From Octopus sinensis (taxonomy: Eukaryota), in the NCBI RefSeq assembly GCF_006345805.1, contig NC_043000.1, positions 44,826,001-44,890,000 of the forward strand: a DNA stretch of 64,000 bases, in the 5' to 3' direction. Below the pieces are notes generated by a model, which was not told the origin of the DNA, did no database searches, and was given only the letters and a program-made list of their open reading frames with translations. A program made the translations under genes and the position numbers. Below, piece after piece: positions 26,270 through 39,530 of the stretch (positions are counted from its first letter, which is position 1; each line of letters starts with the position of its first letter).

Positions 26270-26945
26270 ACGTAAAGAGTGAACTTTCTCTTTGCTGCTT
26301 TACGTGAAGAACTTACATCACGACAGCCTCTTTGCAGACACCAGCAGTAGTGAGCCGTCGCATTTGTTTTCTATCTGCCTTGTTACCTAGCCTCCATGAT
26401 GTCGATGTCTAGGTAGAATCTTTCTCTTTGCTCATCACTTATTGCACTATAATTTCCAGGGTCATATTCCAGATGACTGTGCAGGAAATGTACTTTTATA
26501 TTCATGTTGAGGCCGAGTGTTCAAAAACTGATCAACAGAGTTTGCACAAGTTTATAATTTGATGACTTCCTGTTCCCAGGAAATCAGACATAACTACAAA
26601 AAAAGCATTCCATGTATTTCAAGGTCAGACATGGTCTTCAATCACTGTTCGTTCTGCTATAGCCACATAATCTATGACCCGTCAAATGTACCAATTTTAC
26701 TTTTCTCTTAAGGAAAGAATAGAAACTTTCTTCTTAAGTATTTGAAATAGACACTCACTCAGTGTTTCAACACATGTTTTATACATTATATGTTGGGTGC
26801 TCAGGTCTTTATCACCCAGTTTCATGCCAAAGTAAGTAAGGTAAACTTCCTTCACTAAATCTGTAAATTTGTTTCGCTGCCTAAGTAAAATGCAATATCT
26901 ACAAATATAGTGGAAAACATCGGGACTTTGCTTACATTTTCATCT
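26270..26945 (-). mobile_element. Internally deleted Chapaev3-like DNA transposon
   Basis: N-terminus KCKQSPDVFHYIC..VYLTYFGMKLGDKD joined to C-terminus MNIKVHFLHSHLEYDPGNYSAISDEQRERFYLDI..YCWCL; family name from recalled motifs. Confidence 0.75.
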
Positions 26946-27877
26946 CACACAGCTGGCTATATTTCGGAAATATATTCAAGCCAGTTCTCACCTGGAAAAA
27001 AAACAGTTTCAGAATTGTCAACACGTCAAAAGTTATAAAAGACGCCAATGCAGATTTGTGATAGCAAAGTTCTATAAAGAGCACACATATCATAAAGTTC
27101 TTTTTAGAGTCCTTTAACTAATATTGACAAAGAATTACCTTGACCCATGTGCCCTGAGATTTAAAACATTGAGAGTGCATTCAAATACCAATTTTCATAA
27201 ATAGTTAAAAGTCCAGCAAAACATGTTCCTTCTGGTTAGCAATGAGTCATACTAAATCAATCGTGGGTATAACTACAGACAAACTCAACAAATATGAGAC
27301 ATGCCTGATATCAAGTACCTTAGAAATGTGTTGTTTATTAACATTCAGTTGTATAAAGGGCATTTCTGTTATCATTATAACATCATAAATGGCTAGATTG
27401 AACATAGAGAAAGATGCTCAAGTTTGATGCTAGTTTACTGGAGATACTGAAATCCTGACTTCTTTTTCACTAGTGTAGTTGCATTGTAAATGATATTGAA
27501 CAAGTATCTTCAAATTATGTCACGCTCCATACATGAGTTTCCACATGATGAAGCGAAATCTAACATTAGAAATTGTGACAATACCGGATATGCTGAAAAA
27601 TTTACATTTGCGTTTGTGAAAAATCTTGACATGTTAGAGCGAAATGGATTTCACTTTTGAAATCAACACCCCAAAATTACGAGGTAGCATGGCTTTAACA
27701 TCAGACAACTTATACCGTATTCCCCGATGTAATTAATGGTTCATACAGATACAAAACAAGTAATCAGCATATTATTGTTAGTAACTGAAATATTTTATTC
27801 TAAAAAAGAAAACTTCTACATAGTTTAATGTAAACAACATAATTTCCAAAACCATTTAAATAAAGATTAATGGAACC

Positions 27878-27934
27878 AAATCTCATATTACCCAATAAAT
27901 CTCATATTACCCAATATAACTCATATTACCAAAT
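27878..27934. repeat. 3 x 19-bp minisatellite
   Basis: Unit aaatctcatattacccaat; third copy diverged. Confidence 0.9.
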
Positions 27935-28479
27935 AAGAATATATTATTAGTTTTTAATTTTATAATAATAATCTAACGAAAATAATGCATTCTATCAAAT
28001 CACAGTTTCCTATAATTTTTCCTAGTCAGCCTTTATACATAAAATAGTTGCAAGAGAAAGGTAGGTTTTCAAATCAAAGTTACAAGTTTCTTCAGCTGTA
28101 TTCAAATTATGATCATATACAATGCTCGGCTGTGAATCTCAAAGGTGTATTGTTCCAGTTTTCGAATTGGTACTTCTCGTTACTACACTAATTTCAGCTT
28201 TCACCAAAAATAAAACCATTTGATTATCTCAAGAATTCATTCACAAATACACAACCACTGGTCAGGAAATCTACTGCATTCTTACCTACTCTCTCTCTCT
28301 CACCCTCTTTCTCTCTGTTTGTACGTGTAAGTTTGTCTACATGTGTTTAGGTGTATTTCTGCATGTGTGTGTATGTGTGTGTTTGTGTGTGTGTGTATGT
28401 GTGATTTTCCCTAGTCATTCCTGCTTTTATTTTGTACTGTATCGTATCATGACTGATTTGCATATGTTATAAATTCGTC

Positions 28480-29570
28480 TTCCTTATTTGTGTAAGCAGC
28501 GCACCCTTTTCATTCGTTATATGCCAGAAAAAAAACGATATCATTTTCTGACTGAATCCTCACAACGTATCCACTCCTGCCTTTCTTTTTTGTCGCATGT
28601 AGCATGTCTACATCGCTGCTCGAGTGGAACGCACACTTTATTGTCAGCAGTTTTCTTATTTTATGTAAAGCTAGCTGGGATTTTTCCTGTGTATCATTCC
28701 TGCTCTATATCTCAAGAGACCGATTCCCATATGCAAAATTCTTGAATTTCTTCCCATTCAGGTTAGTATTCAAAGTCAATCTCAGTCTTTGGTAATACTT
28801 AACAGAGGATATCGTCTTCATTTGGCTTTCCATCAGTTCGTCCCTTTCCAAAACGTCTACATATTTTATTACTAATTGTCAATTCTCTTCATTAACCCTA
28901 CCTTGGGCAACTTCACTTCATTCATTCGTTGGACTTTGCCTCCTTTTAAAATCAGCATCACATACATTTTCAACATAAATTCTATTCCGTTTTACGCACT
29001 AAAGTAATAAATTGTAAGAACCAGTGACATATTATCTTTTCCTCGAATCTTCAAGTCTGTCATTAAAAGTAAATTGCTGATCCTCTCTTTTCTGTCATTG
29101 AGCTCATATCCAGTGTTTCTCAAAATCAAATTCTATGGTAACTTCTGCGAAACAAAAAGGAATGGGGAGAAGCTATCGCTTTTAAGATTCCACGCTTCAT
29201 TTAGACACAAACTACGCTCTGCTAAATCGATGCGAGTTCAGTGTTCAAGCCATTTATACTTCTGTCCAATAAGGGAAACAATATCGTGCGCAATTCTAGA
29301 TACTTTCAAGCAATCGATGATCCACGAATGAAAGCTTATATTGCACACCTTCCTATAGCGTAATGACGCCATCCCTAAGTTAGTCTCAGCATTGACTTAT
29401 CTAAGATCCCCTACCTCCACATTTCCAGCACATTACTGTTCCGTCATTTGTTATCGAACATGGGATTGCGGTACGCTCTGCAAATAATGTGCATATTAGT
29501 CCCGCTACTTTTCGAGATATTCAGTAAATTACTTCACCCAGTAAGGTTAGATAACAGCAGATTCTTTAGA
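28480..29570 (-). mobile_element. Old R4/Dong-like RT and thumb fragment
   Basis: FHSWIIDCLK..KRGILK/DSFSPFLF..ISNLLLMTDLKI..YYQRLRL..IRKLLTIKCAFHSSSDVDML. Confidence 0.85.
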
Positions 29571-29676
29571 GCGTTCAGACACCGCAGAGGTCGATTTCTT
29601 AAACTATTACCTCATAAAAAATTGCTGACCTTGTGCAAAATATTTGAAACATCTATTAAAATTGGTGGTGTTGTTA

Positions 29677-30070
29677 GGCGGTGAGCTGACAGAAACGTTA
29701 GCATTCCGGGCAAAATGCTTAGCGGTATTTCATCTGCTGCTACGTTCTGAGCTCAAATTCCGCCGAGGTCGACTTGGTTTTTTCATCCCTTCGGGGTTGA
29801 TTAAATAAGTACCAGTTACCCACTGGGGTCGATATAATCGACTTAATCCGTTTGTCTGTCCTTGTTGTCCTCCCTGTGTTTATCCCCTTGTGGGTAGTAA
29901 AGAAATAGGTATTTCGTCTGCCGCTACGTTCTGAGTTCAAATTCCACCGAGGTCGACTTTGCCTTTCATCCTTACGGTGTCGATAAATTACGTACGAGTT
30001 GCGTACTAGGGTCGAACTAATCGACTGGTCTCTTCCGAAAAATTTCGGACCTTCTGCCTAGAGTAGAAAA
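29677..30070 (+). mobile_element. Nested or dimeric family A SINE
   Basis: Head, body, tail ending aaagaaata, then restart at ggtatttc (29908) with a different tail; Deu/Nin-like core gcctttcatccttNcggggtcgataaa. Confidence 0.9.
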
Positions 30071-30135
30071 GAATATTGTTGGTGTTGTTGTTATTGTTCT
30101 TGTGTTATGGAGTTCTTATATTCATTGTTATTGAT

Positions 30136-30359
30136 GCTGGCAGAAACGTTAGCACGTCGGGCGAAATTTCTTAGCGGTATTTCGTCTGCCGTTACGTTGT
30201 GAGTTCAAATTCCGCCGAGGTCGACTTTGCCTTTCATCCTTTCGGGGTCGATAAATTAAGTACCAGTAACGCACTGGGGTCGATGTAATCGATTTAATCC
30301 CTTTGTCTGTCCTTGTTTGTCCTCTCTATGTTTAGCCCCTTGTGGGTAAAAAAGAAATA
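30136..30359 (+). mobile_element. Family A SINE
   Basis: High similarity to 37235-37465. Confidence 0.92.
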
Positions 30360-31028
30360 TATTAATAAAATAGAATAATTAGCAGAAGCATCAGTCCCAT
30401 TAATGATTTAAACTACAATATATGTGTTTATACGTACGGAGATACATGTGCATATAACATAATACAGCATTATATATATATATATACATAAACTTTTCAT
30501 TTATATGTGTGTATATATATGTATATATATGTATACAGACACACATACATATGCGCATGTAGTGTTGTAAAATTTATATTCATTACATAAATGTATTATA
30601 ATAAATGAATGCATTATATATACAGGCGCACGCACACACACACACACTCACATATTGCAAGCAAACTTTTTCGAAGAAAACTAATTTAAATAATATCAAA
30701 ATAACTACCAAATTTAAATAAGCAAATTAGTTTCCTTCAATAATTAAATGAATATACCGCAGACATTATGTTACCTGAAACTTGTCCCGGCGTATGAAAC
30801 TTCAACTTGCTAGTCAATCGTAATCGTAAGATTAGAATTTTCCTCCAAATAAACATTAATAATAAATATTATTCATAATAATTATAACAATAGCAATTCG
30901 TTTTGGTGATGGGAATGGGTGATGGTATGATGATGATAGAGATCCTTTCTGATATACACAACAATGCCTGAAATTTGTAAGAGTGTATCTATCGATTGAA
31001 TTGGAACATATTTGATCAACACTGGAAA

Positions 31029-31139
31029 GAAGAAGAAGAAGAAGAAGAAGAAGAAGAAGAAGAAGAAGAAGAAGAAGAAGAAGAAGAAGAAGAAGAAGAA
31101 GAAGAAGAAGAAGAAGAAGAAGAAGAAGAAGAAGAAGAA
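31029..31139. repeat. Perfect (GAA)37 tract
   Basis: Direct reading, 111 bp; gives the poly-E/F/L ORFs. Confidence 0.97.
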
Positions 31140-31514
31140 ACATACCACAACGTATCGTGTCGTGTAAATCAACGACACCCAAGTACTGGAAGAGTAGGTA
31201 GAGAAATGTTTCGTTCTTCTGCACGCGTTCTAGACAGGCCCAATTGATCGCAATTTCGAGCTTGTACATTTTATCGCGAATGCATACCTCCCCACCGGTA
31301 GCACTTCACGTCAGGCATTTCTCGAAATTACAGATACATCCCAGACCAGGCAGTTTATTTTGATTGCCAGACGTATCCTCTAAATCGTCGTTGCTTTTGG
31401 CCATCAACAAAACTTCTCTATAAAACGCGAATATAGAACTTCCACAGATAGGGACTGTGAACGCTTCACGACATTTGAGATGACAAGTGCCCTCTATCGA
31501 TAGATCACTACGGA

Positions 31515-31568
<54 letters not shown>

Positions 31569-31619
31569 TAATAATAATAATAATATGATGATGATGATGA
31601 TGATGATAATGATGTTGAC

Positions 31620-33620
31620 TCCTTATTTAGCTACAATGTGAAAGATTTGAGGAGAATGGTTTCTGAAGCTCTATATTTTCTGATTCTGTAGTTCTTTGTT
31701 CTTTCCCATTTCAACTATCTGATAAATAAAGTCTTTGTTTTGCATTTTCTTGTCTTCTTGAAAGACAGTAGATATTTTTTATTCATTCTCTAGCTATCTG
31801 TATGAGTTTTCTCAAGATATATCGTTTACATACAATGGACATTTTATATTTCCTTAATTGCATAAAGCTCCTACTTCACTGTATTTGAGGTGACTATAAA
31901 CACTCTATATCAGATTTTAGGCGGTACACTTTTTTAGGTGTTTTTCTGTCTAGACTTCCAAATTCATTTAATATCCAGTCAGAAATATAACTCTACATTA
32001 TTACTGCGACGGCTTGAATATTTGACACCAATTACTTCCTTTATTCTTTGTTTTCGCATTTTATACTATTTTAAGTATCAGTCTAATAGATTTCTAACAA
32101 TGTGTAGTATCTTCCTCGTTTATGCTTGTACGCAGCACATGGTTCATTGCTTCAAATATATTTGTATGTTTGAATTCGGTCTTATTCTCTTGATTCCTTG
32201 TTGGTATCCATCTTGATATTAATGCTCCTCGTTCATTCTTCTGTCCATGGTTTCCTTCGTACCTATTTTTCTAATTTGAATCTCCCTCCAGTTTTTAAAG
32301 TAAATCGCTGAATTATCATTACTAGCGTTCTTATTTCTTTATCATCTACAGTGTGCTATTCAGATCACATACATATTAAAGGTTGTTGATTTCTCTGAAA
32401 TAGCTTTTATGTCCTTGGCTGTACACTGATTAAGGTGTTATCATCATACAGAAATGAGGCAGAGATAGTAAGACTTTGAAAATATTCCTTTTCAATCAGA
32501 TGGGATTTCATATTATAGCACTCACTTCATATGTGCTATTTACACGTGACGTGTTTGATGTATTTATGTCTCATGTACAACACCTTTCATTTGGCTAATG
32601 TTTCATGATCTACATGCTGCCCGCCCTCTCACACGACTTGTAGTCAAAACTTCTCCCCCTCAGACCCTTATTTCTCATACTATAATTTTCAGTTATGATT
32701 GGTTTCTTTGATCAGTAAGTGATATTTACAACCAAATAATCCTTTGCAGGGATCTTTCTGCTCTTCTAGAAGCAGTTTATTTATTCCTAGATGTTCACTA
32801 ATTTGTTGTTATCTTATTCCAATGAAGATTTAGCAGGTTGTGGCGAGGCAGATTAGCGGTTTATTATTCTAAGATTTGCTGTTTCTTTATTCTTGCAGAT
32901 GAGGAATGTGTTCTCCACAGTATACCTGGAAACAAGTCGGAGTTTTTCCCTGGATATGTCAGTATTTAATTTATATCTGACGAATAGTTCGTTCAGTTGA
33001 GATGATATCATTGTCTGAAATTCAAAAATGCGTTTCTAGATTTTAGTATGTGGGGAATATTTTCGTTCGCCAAAATATCTTCCAAAGATTCCTTTGGTTC
33101 TGTTCATTGTTTTGAATCACCACATCACTGATAATTAATTCTGTCAGACTCCTTCACAGAAGTCATCCACCTTTCTTGCTCATTATCTTGGATCAGTTTT
33201 TATCTCATGCGCAGTTCTTCATATTGTTTTTAATGGTTTGTTCCGTTAAAAAATTAGTACATTGTTATGTCATGGTACTGACCGATTACTTATTATTCTG
33301 AGAGGAACTCTTGTTTCAAGCATTCTTTGCTTCTAGACGGATTTTTGTTAGAGAACAGGTGTGCTATGACTGATTTCTTTTTCGATTGTGTTCTAGTGTT
33401 ATTGATTTTGTGAAACATTTAAGGATTTGTTTTATTTCGCACTTTTTGTATGCTATCCCCCTAGCTGATTTTAAGATTATATATATTCCCATATCAGTGG
33501 ATATACGCAAGAAACCATTTTCTTTTGTAACTACAATGTTTGATGTCTATATTATTTTGCTTAACCTGATAATATTTATATCTGCACCAGTATACATTGA
33601 TTCTACGTGATCACTGAAGC
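31620..33620 (-). mobile_element. Very decayed R4/Dong-like element
   Basis: IEKEYFQ/SLT..DDKEIRTLV..FKLEK and NIQAVAVI..SLDRKT../KSDIECL at about 31880-32500; outer limits uncertain. Confidence 0.6.
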
Positions 33621-33697
33621 ATTTTTTATTATTATTTTTCATTTGTCGAAGCGATTTTTCTACGGGAAATACTCTCAATATTTCATAGGAGCTTTAT

Positions 33698-33915
33698 GGC
33701 GGCGAGATGGCAGGGTCGTTACCGTGCGGGGAAAAATGCTTAGTTGCATTTCGTCCGTCTGTACGTTCTGAGTTTAAATGCCGCAGAGGTCGACTTTACC
33801 TTTAATCTTTCGGGGTTGATAAAACAAGTACCAGCTGAGTACTAGGGTCGTTGCATTTGATTTGCGCACACCCCAAAAATTGCTGAACTTGTGCCAAAGT
33901 TTGAAATCAAAATTT
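33698..33915 (+). mobile_element. Family A SINE, older subfamily
   Basis: ggcggcgagatggcag head; tail gccaaagtttgaaatc. Confidence 0.85.
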
Positions 33916-34299
33916 CATAGGGACTTGTATTTAATTTAACTATTTTTGTCCTCGAACTTCTATTATCTTTGTGTCCAATCTTCAGAATTTCCTGTTCTTA
34001 AATCTTCTCCGTACTCTATTTCTTTAAAAGTAGTGTTCTCGTTCGAATTGTTATCATTCAAGGGTTTAGTATAAGTTTCTCTCAGTGTTCTTTTTCTTTC
34101 ACAATTTTTAGGTATATCGTGTTTTCCATTAACGACTATTTAAAAACTTTTCCTTGTTTTATTTATTTTTTTTTTTATTGTGATTGTCTTTTTTCTTTTT
34201 TAGATGCTTTTTTATTGGTATCTCTTATGTTAGCTAATACCATGCAATAATGCATTGCTTTTGTATCACTTATTCTATCTTCATATTGTGTGCAAATTA

Positions 34300-34625
34300 T
34301 TGATTTCAAATTTTGGCACAAGGCCAGCAATTACGGGAGAGTGGGATAAGTCGATTACATCGACCTCCAATACTCAGCTAGTGCTTATTTTATCAACCCC
34401 GAAAGACGGACGAAATACCTATTTATTTACTACCGACAAGGGGTTGAACACACAGGGGACAAACAAGGACAGACAAACGGATTAAGTCGATTAGATCGAG
34501 CCCAGTGCGTAACTGGTACTTAATTTATCAACCCCGAAAGGATGAAAGGCAAAGTTGACCTCTGCGGAATTTGAAGTCAGAACGTAACGGCAGACGAAAT
34601 ACCGCTAAGCATTTTGCCCGACTTG
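34300..34625 (-). mobile_element. Nested or dimeric family A SINE
   Basis: Same tail-ggtatttc junction at 34412-34420 as at 29908. Confidence 0.88.
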
Positions 34626-34974
34626 TCAGCTCCGTGCGAAATATTGTTGTAGTTTCGTTAGAAGGAAGGATTTAGTTGTAAAGTATGCTTATGTACAACT
34701 TTTACCGTTCATAACTGAGCTTCCTTATTCCAGCTTCCCACAGCTCACTAAAATTATATTAAAACGTACGTTGGAAATTATTTCCAGCCAATATCTAGAA
34801 CGCTCTGACTTGCGATTCGTGTAAGTCATTATCTAGCAAATCACTGCAGTGAAATTTCCGAACTAGCTAAGAAATCGATAAAAGACAATGATATCAATAC
34901 AGCTGATGACGAAACTGATTATATGACACGTCCCTTATCGTACTCCGTGCGAGTGAAAGTTATGACTCAAAGAT

Positions 34975-35150
34975 CACGATGATGATAGTGATGGTAGTAG
35001 CGGTGGTGATGATGATGGCATTGGTTGTGTTCTTATGTATGATGGTGGTGGTGGTGGTGATGATGATGATGGTGATGGTACTGATTGTTGTGGTGATGAT
35101 GATGATGTTGATGATGATGATGATGATGATGATGACGACGACGACGATAT
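34975..35150. repeat. (GAT/GGT)n trinucleotide repeat
   Basis: Direct reading. Confidence 0.93.
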
Positions 35151-36204
35151 TCATATTAGAACAAAATATTGTTGGACACTTGCATGTAAATTTACCAGAC
35201 ATAAACTCAAAAGAATACAGCTGTAAAAGTTTATAAAATTTTATTATAAACTAAATTTCCTTTTCAATAATATGTACCGATTTATATTTCTTTTATATAT
35301 TTTTAACGTATAATTGAAATTTAACAATTTTCCAAGATGCCTATATTCAGGATGTGTAACATGCAATCTGGAAAATTAGATTAAAAACAACTTGACTTTT
35401 TCACATAATTTGTATGTATATCAGCTGACGGTTACATTTGCAACAGTCTCACGTCACATTCTGTATCATTAGCAGATACCAAATTTTATGGGTAACGAAG
35501 AATTGAATGTAATATTCTATCTGCAGCTTGTCTACGATGATGAATTTTTCATCTTCAAATCAATATCTGCAAAACTTCCCTATACTTTTTCAATATTAAA
35601 TATGTTTATGTATGCATACATATGTGTGTGTGTGTATGTGTGCGTGCGTATGTTTGTATGTATATATATACGTATATATATATATATATAGTTAATTGGT
35701 GTGTGTGTGTGAGGGTGCATAGCCTAGTAGTCAGAGAGTTGCACTCACGATCTAGCGACTGTAATTTCTGTTCCTAGAACAGGTGGCGTGTTATCTTCTT
35801 CTTGAGCAAAACTTCATCTCACCTTACACTGCGGTCATTTCGAATCCTGACGCTTGGTACATAACGCACCTGTTCGAACAACGTCGATTTGATGGTGAGA
35901 GTGAAGTAATGTGCAGTACGAACATTATGATCACTATAAACAAATCATTTGTGTAGGACGCTCGGCAAATGTTGAACGCTCATTCGTCGTTTTCGACTGC
36001 ACAGTCCATCATAGGTGGCGATTAATTTTACGTGTTCATAATGTTACTATTCTGATCTATACTTGAGATTATACAATTAGCTATTTTGGTAGTTGTAAAT
36101 AAATGACCGATGGTCGCTTTGTTTACAATACATTGCTTGCTGAAAAACAGTGTTGCATTTTTACTCGCTCGTAAATTTAGCTTTTCACCTAAGGAAATCT
36201 TCAC

Positions 36205-36281
36205 ATATATATATATATGTGTGTGTGTGTGAGAGAGAGAGAGCATACGAGTGCGTGTGTGTATGTATGTATGTATGTATG

Positions 36282-36355
<74 letters not shown>

Positions 36356-36360
36356 TATAT
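36205..36360. repeat. Compound dinucleotide/tetranucleotide microsatellite
   Basis: Direct reading. Confidence 0.95.
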
Positions 36361-36467
36361 GCACCTTCGTGTTGGGGGTTCACTTTGTTATCTCCCCTAC
36401 TTTCCTTCTCCGGTGGGACCCTTCTTTAGCCATTACACACATTTTTTCTCTCCTTTTTTCTGTGTCC

Positions 36468-36503
36468 CTTTCTGTAGAAGAGCGTAGGCTCGAAACGTAA
36501 AAG
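36468..36503 (+). ncRNA. Minimal type I hammerhead-like motif with core mutation
   Basis: cttt CTGTAGA a gagc gtag gctc GAAACGTA aaag; A6 is T. Confidence 0.6.
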
Positions 36504-36886
36504 ACTGTTTCTATTCCTGAGCGTTATACTAATACATCTGTTTTTTTTGTTCACCACCTGTCTTCGTCTTTTTTTTTTTTAGTAAACTCTCCCTATATAT
36601 ATACATCAGAGGCGTGTTGTGATCTTCCTGGCTGGGGAAGCAATGACTAAAATCTTCTGTTGCATAGATATTTGAATCAAATTGATATGTTCATGTAATA
36701 CAGCTATTAAAAATGATTTTTTAAGTCATATTTTATATTAATGGTTTTCTGTAATTTGAAGATGTATCAAATATTAGTTGAATAAACGCAGAAAACTACA
36801 CGCGTTAACTTTTCACCGTTTCTCTGATAGAAGCAGAATGTCAGCTTGCTTATTTTTCCTTAGTAAGTGCTGCGTAACAACGCAAG

Positions 36887-36919
<33 letters not shown>

Positions 36920-37234
36920 TAGGTATTGTGAATTGACAGAAACTTAAGCGTATAAGTACTTATTAGCATCTAAAACCTTTCGTTATCAGCTCTTACTAGA
37001 AAAATATCGTTTTCGTGGCATTTTTATCGGAAAAAGATAATAAAATATCACACCGAAAAGGATGTAACAGCTTGTGTTGCTTCCCTTGCACAGATTTTTG
37101 GTGTCGTCTGCCACCATTTTGGTGTTGTCTTATGCTAATTCCAACGATAAAAGTCTGATTCCTATGATGTCATGGAGTTTATCATAAATTTACAGATCAT
37201 TTCTTTAATTTTAAAAGGTATCATTGCTTCCCTT

Positions 37235-37465
37235 AAGGCGGCGAGCTGGCAGAAACGTTAGCACGCCGGGCGAAATGCTTAGCGGTATTTCGTCTGCGTT
37301 ACTTTGTGAGTTCAAATTCTGCTAAGGTCGATTTGCCTTTCATCCTTTCGAGGTCGATAAATTAAGTACCAGTTACGCACTAGGGTCGATGTAATCGACT
37401 TAATACCTATGTCTGTCCTTGTTTGTCCCCTCTGTGTTTAGCCCCTTGTGGGTAATAAAGAAATA
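37235..37465 (+). mobile_element. Full-length family A SINE with 18-bp target-site duplication
   Basis: TSD ggtatcattgcttccctt (37217-37234) and ggtatcgttgcttctctt (37466-37483). Confidence 0.95.
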
Positions 37466-38135
37466 GGTATCGTTGCTTCTCTTGCTTCCGTGGATCACAC
37501 GCCTATGATACATGCATATATACATTAACTTGGATCAGTCAAATAGGCTTCTAACACTACTTCCTATATACATGTATATATCTGTATTAAGAGGTGCACT
37601 AAGTAGTGTTGAATGAAGCGAAGTTATGCACTGTTTTATGTAGTGCCTTGTATCCGCGTACATTCGAACACGGAGGGATAATGCACTGCACAAATAGTTT
37701 CGGGAGAAAGATTTCTCGTAATAGACATGAATGACTTCACTTCTCCTGCGACAAGATTGACAGATTAGTCATATGTTTTCATCTATATTTTCGATAGAGA
37801 ATTTCATCTCTCGAGAGTTGTCTTTCCATGTCGAAATGTACATATGTATTCATATTCATGTATTATGTGCATATACGTTAGGCTAGTGAAAGATAATTTT
37901 AATTCCTCAAATTTTTATGCATAGACAACCATCTGCTAAAGCTTCTAAATGCTTCACCCATGCTTTCTGAAGTACTGCGTTTGGCGATTGCCGAATTGAT
38001 GTAAAATTCACAGGTTATATTGTTTACTCAAATAAGTACCTACTTTTGAGTCTTGCTGACATTGTACCTACGTTTGTGAAGTTTATTACATCGCTCTCAG
38101 TATAAGGTTTTATAATTAATATTTCTTATTTTTTT

Positions 38136-38398
38136 ATGCGCCCTTTTCAAGGGCCCGGTTTCCCGATTTCTGTGGTGTATGTGTCAGCTAAATGGGACGC
38201 CAGTCCATCGCAGCGTTACTCAAGAAACAGGAAGAAAGATTGAGAGAAAATTCGGGCGAAAGAGTACAACAGGGATCGCTACCACCCCCTGCCGGAGCCT
38301 CCTGAAGCTTTAAGTGTTTTCACTCAATAAACACACACAACGCCCGGTCTGGGATTCGCGAGTCCGCTGCCCTAACCACTGGGCCATTGGGCCTCCAC
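38136..38398 (-). mobile_element. Family B SINE
   Basis: Matches 5483-5777 with small deletions. Confidence 0.88.
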
Positions 38399-39014
38399 TT
38401 ATTAATAACTATGTCAATAATTTTGAATTATACGAGTACGCATATATACGTGCGTGAGCATCCATGTGTGTTTGCGTGTGTTTGTATTTGTGTGGCTTTC
38501 ATTATATTTCTATTAGTGAAATGTTGATGTAAACTGCATCTCTCAATAAATACCATATTATTTGTTACTCCTAATCTTATCTCGTTCGTTTACTCATACA
38601 CTAACATGCACTCGCACACATACAAATACTCACTGAATAACAATACCGATGAACACATATATATATATATACCTGCAAATTTACTTGAGAGAACCACAGC
38701 ATACACATACATTGTGGTTGTGTTTAAAGGAGAAATTAGTTAAATAGATGGATAAGTAATCACATATATACGCACGTGGTAATAGATAAAACTATAGCAG
38801 TTGCTTTAACATTAGTAGTTAATTGTTCAGATCACCCAAACTTATTTCTTAATTACCACAAAATAAATTATTCAAATCATGTATATCTCAAGTACCAATC
38901 TAGAATCTACTATCAATCTGAAAGGGGTTAATTCTGTTAAATCTTTCAAATATTAAAATTTAATAGACGTGCACTTTTCTTATTCATATTGTTTCAATGT
39001 TGACTCCTTCTCCC

Positions 39015-39054
<40 letters not shown>

Positions 39055-39477
39055 TTATCTATCTCACGTGCTCGCGCTCTTAACTACTCTCACTCTCTCT
39101 TCTGGTTAAAATCTTTAACTCCGTTTAACGTTTCCCTAAATATGATTGATGTAAAGATTTTTAAAAGATTTCCTCAGATTCAGCTAAGTACTTAGACATT
39201 ACTAATGGGAAATCCAGATAAACCAAGATTAAGTAGGGCAATGGAAATTGTGATTAAAAATGCACAATTTTCGAAGAGAGTTTACAATAAACGGAAAAAG
39301 ATAAAGTAAAAGAAAACTGCAAAAATAAAAATAATCTATACATTTAGTCAAATATACTTTATTTGCAACATATGAAGCTAGCTACGTGAAACGATTTAGT
39401 TAATACACAAACACACATACACACAAACACACACATAAATATATGCATACATACCTACACATATATATACACATATG

Positions 39478-39530
<53 letters not shown>

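Noticed and set aside
27000-27500. Coding-looking plus-strand stretch
   Set aside because: Stop frequency not clearly below chance for AT-rich DNA; no family motif.
27878-27934. CRISPR-like array
   Set aside because: Contiguous 19-bp units with no spacers; eukaryotic context, no cas genes.
34903-34915. CTGATGA-C-GAAAC as a hammerhead
   Set aside because: No helix II and no pairable helix I or III.
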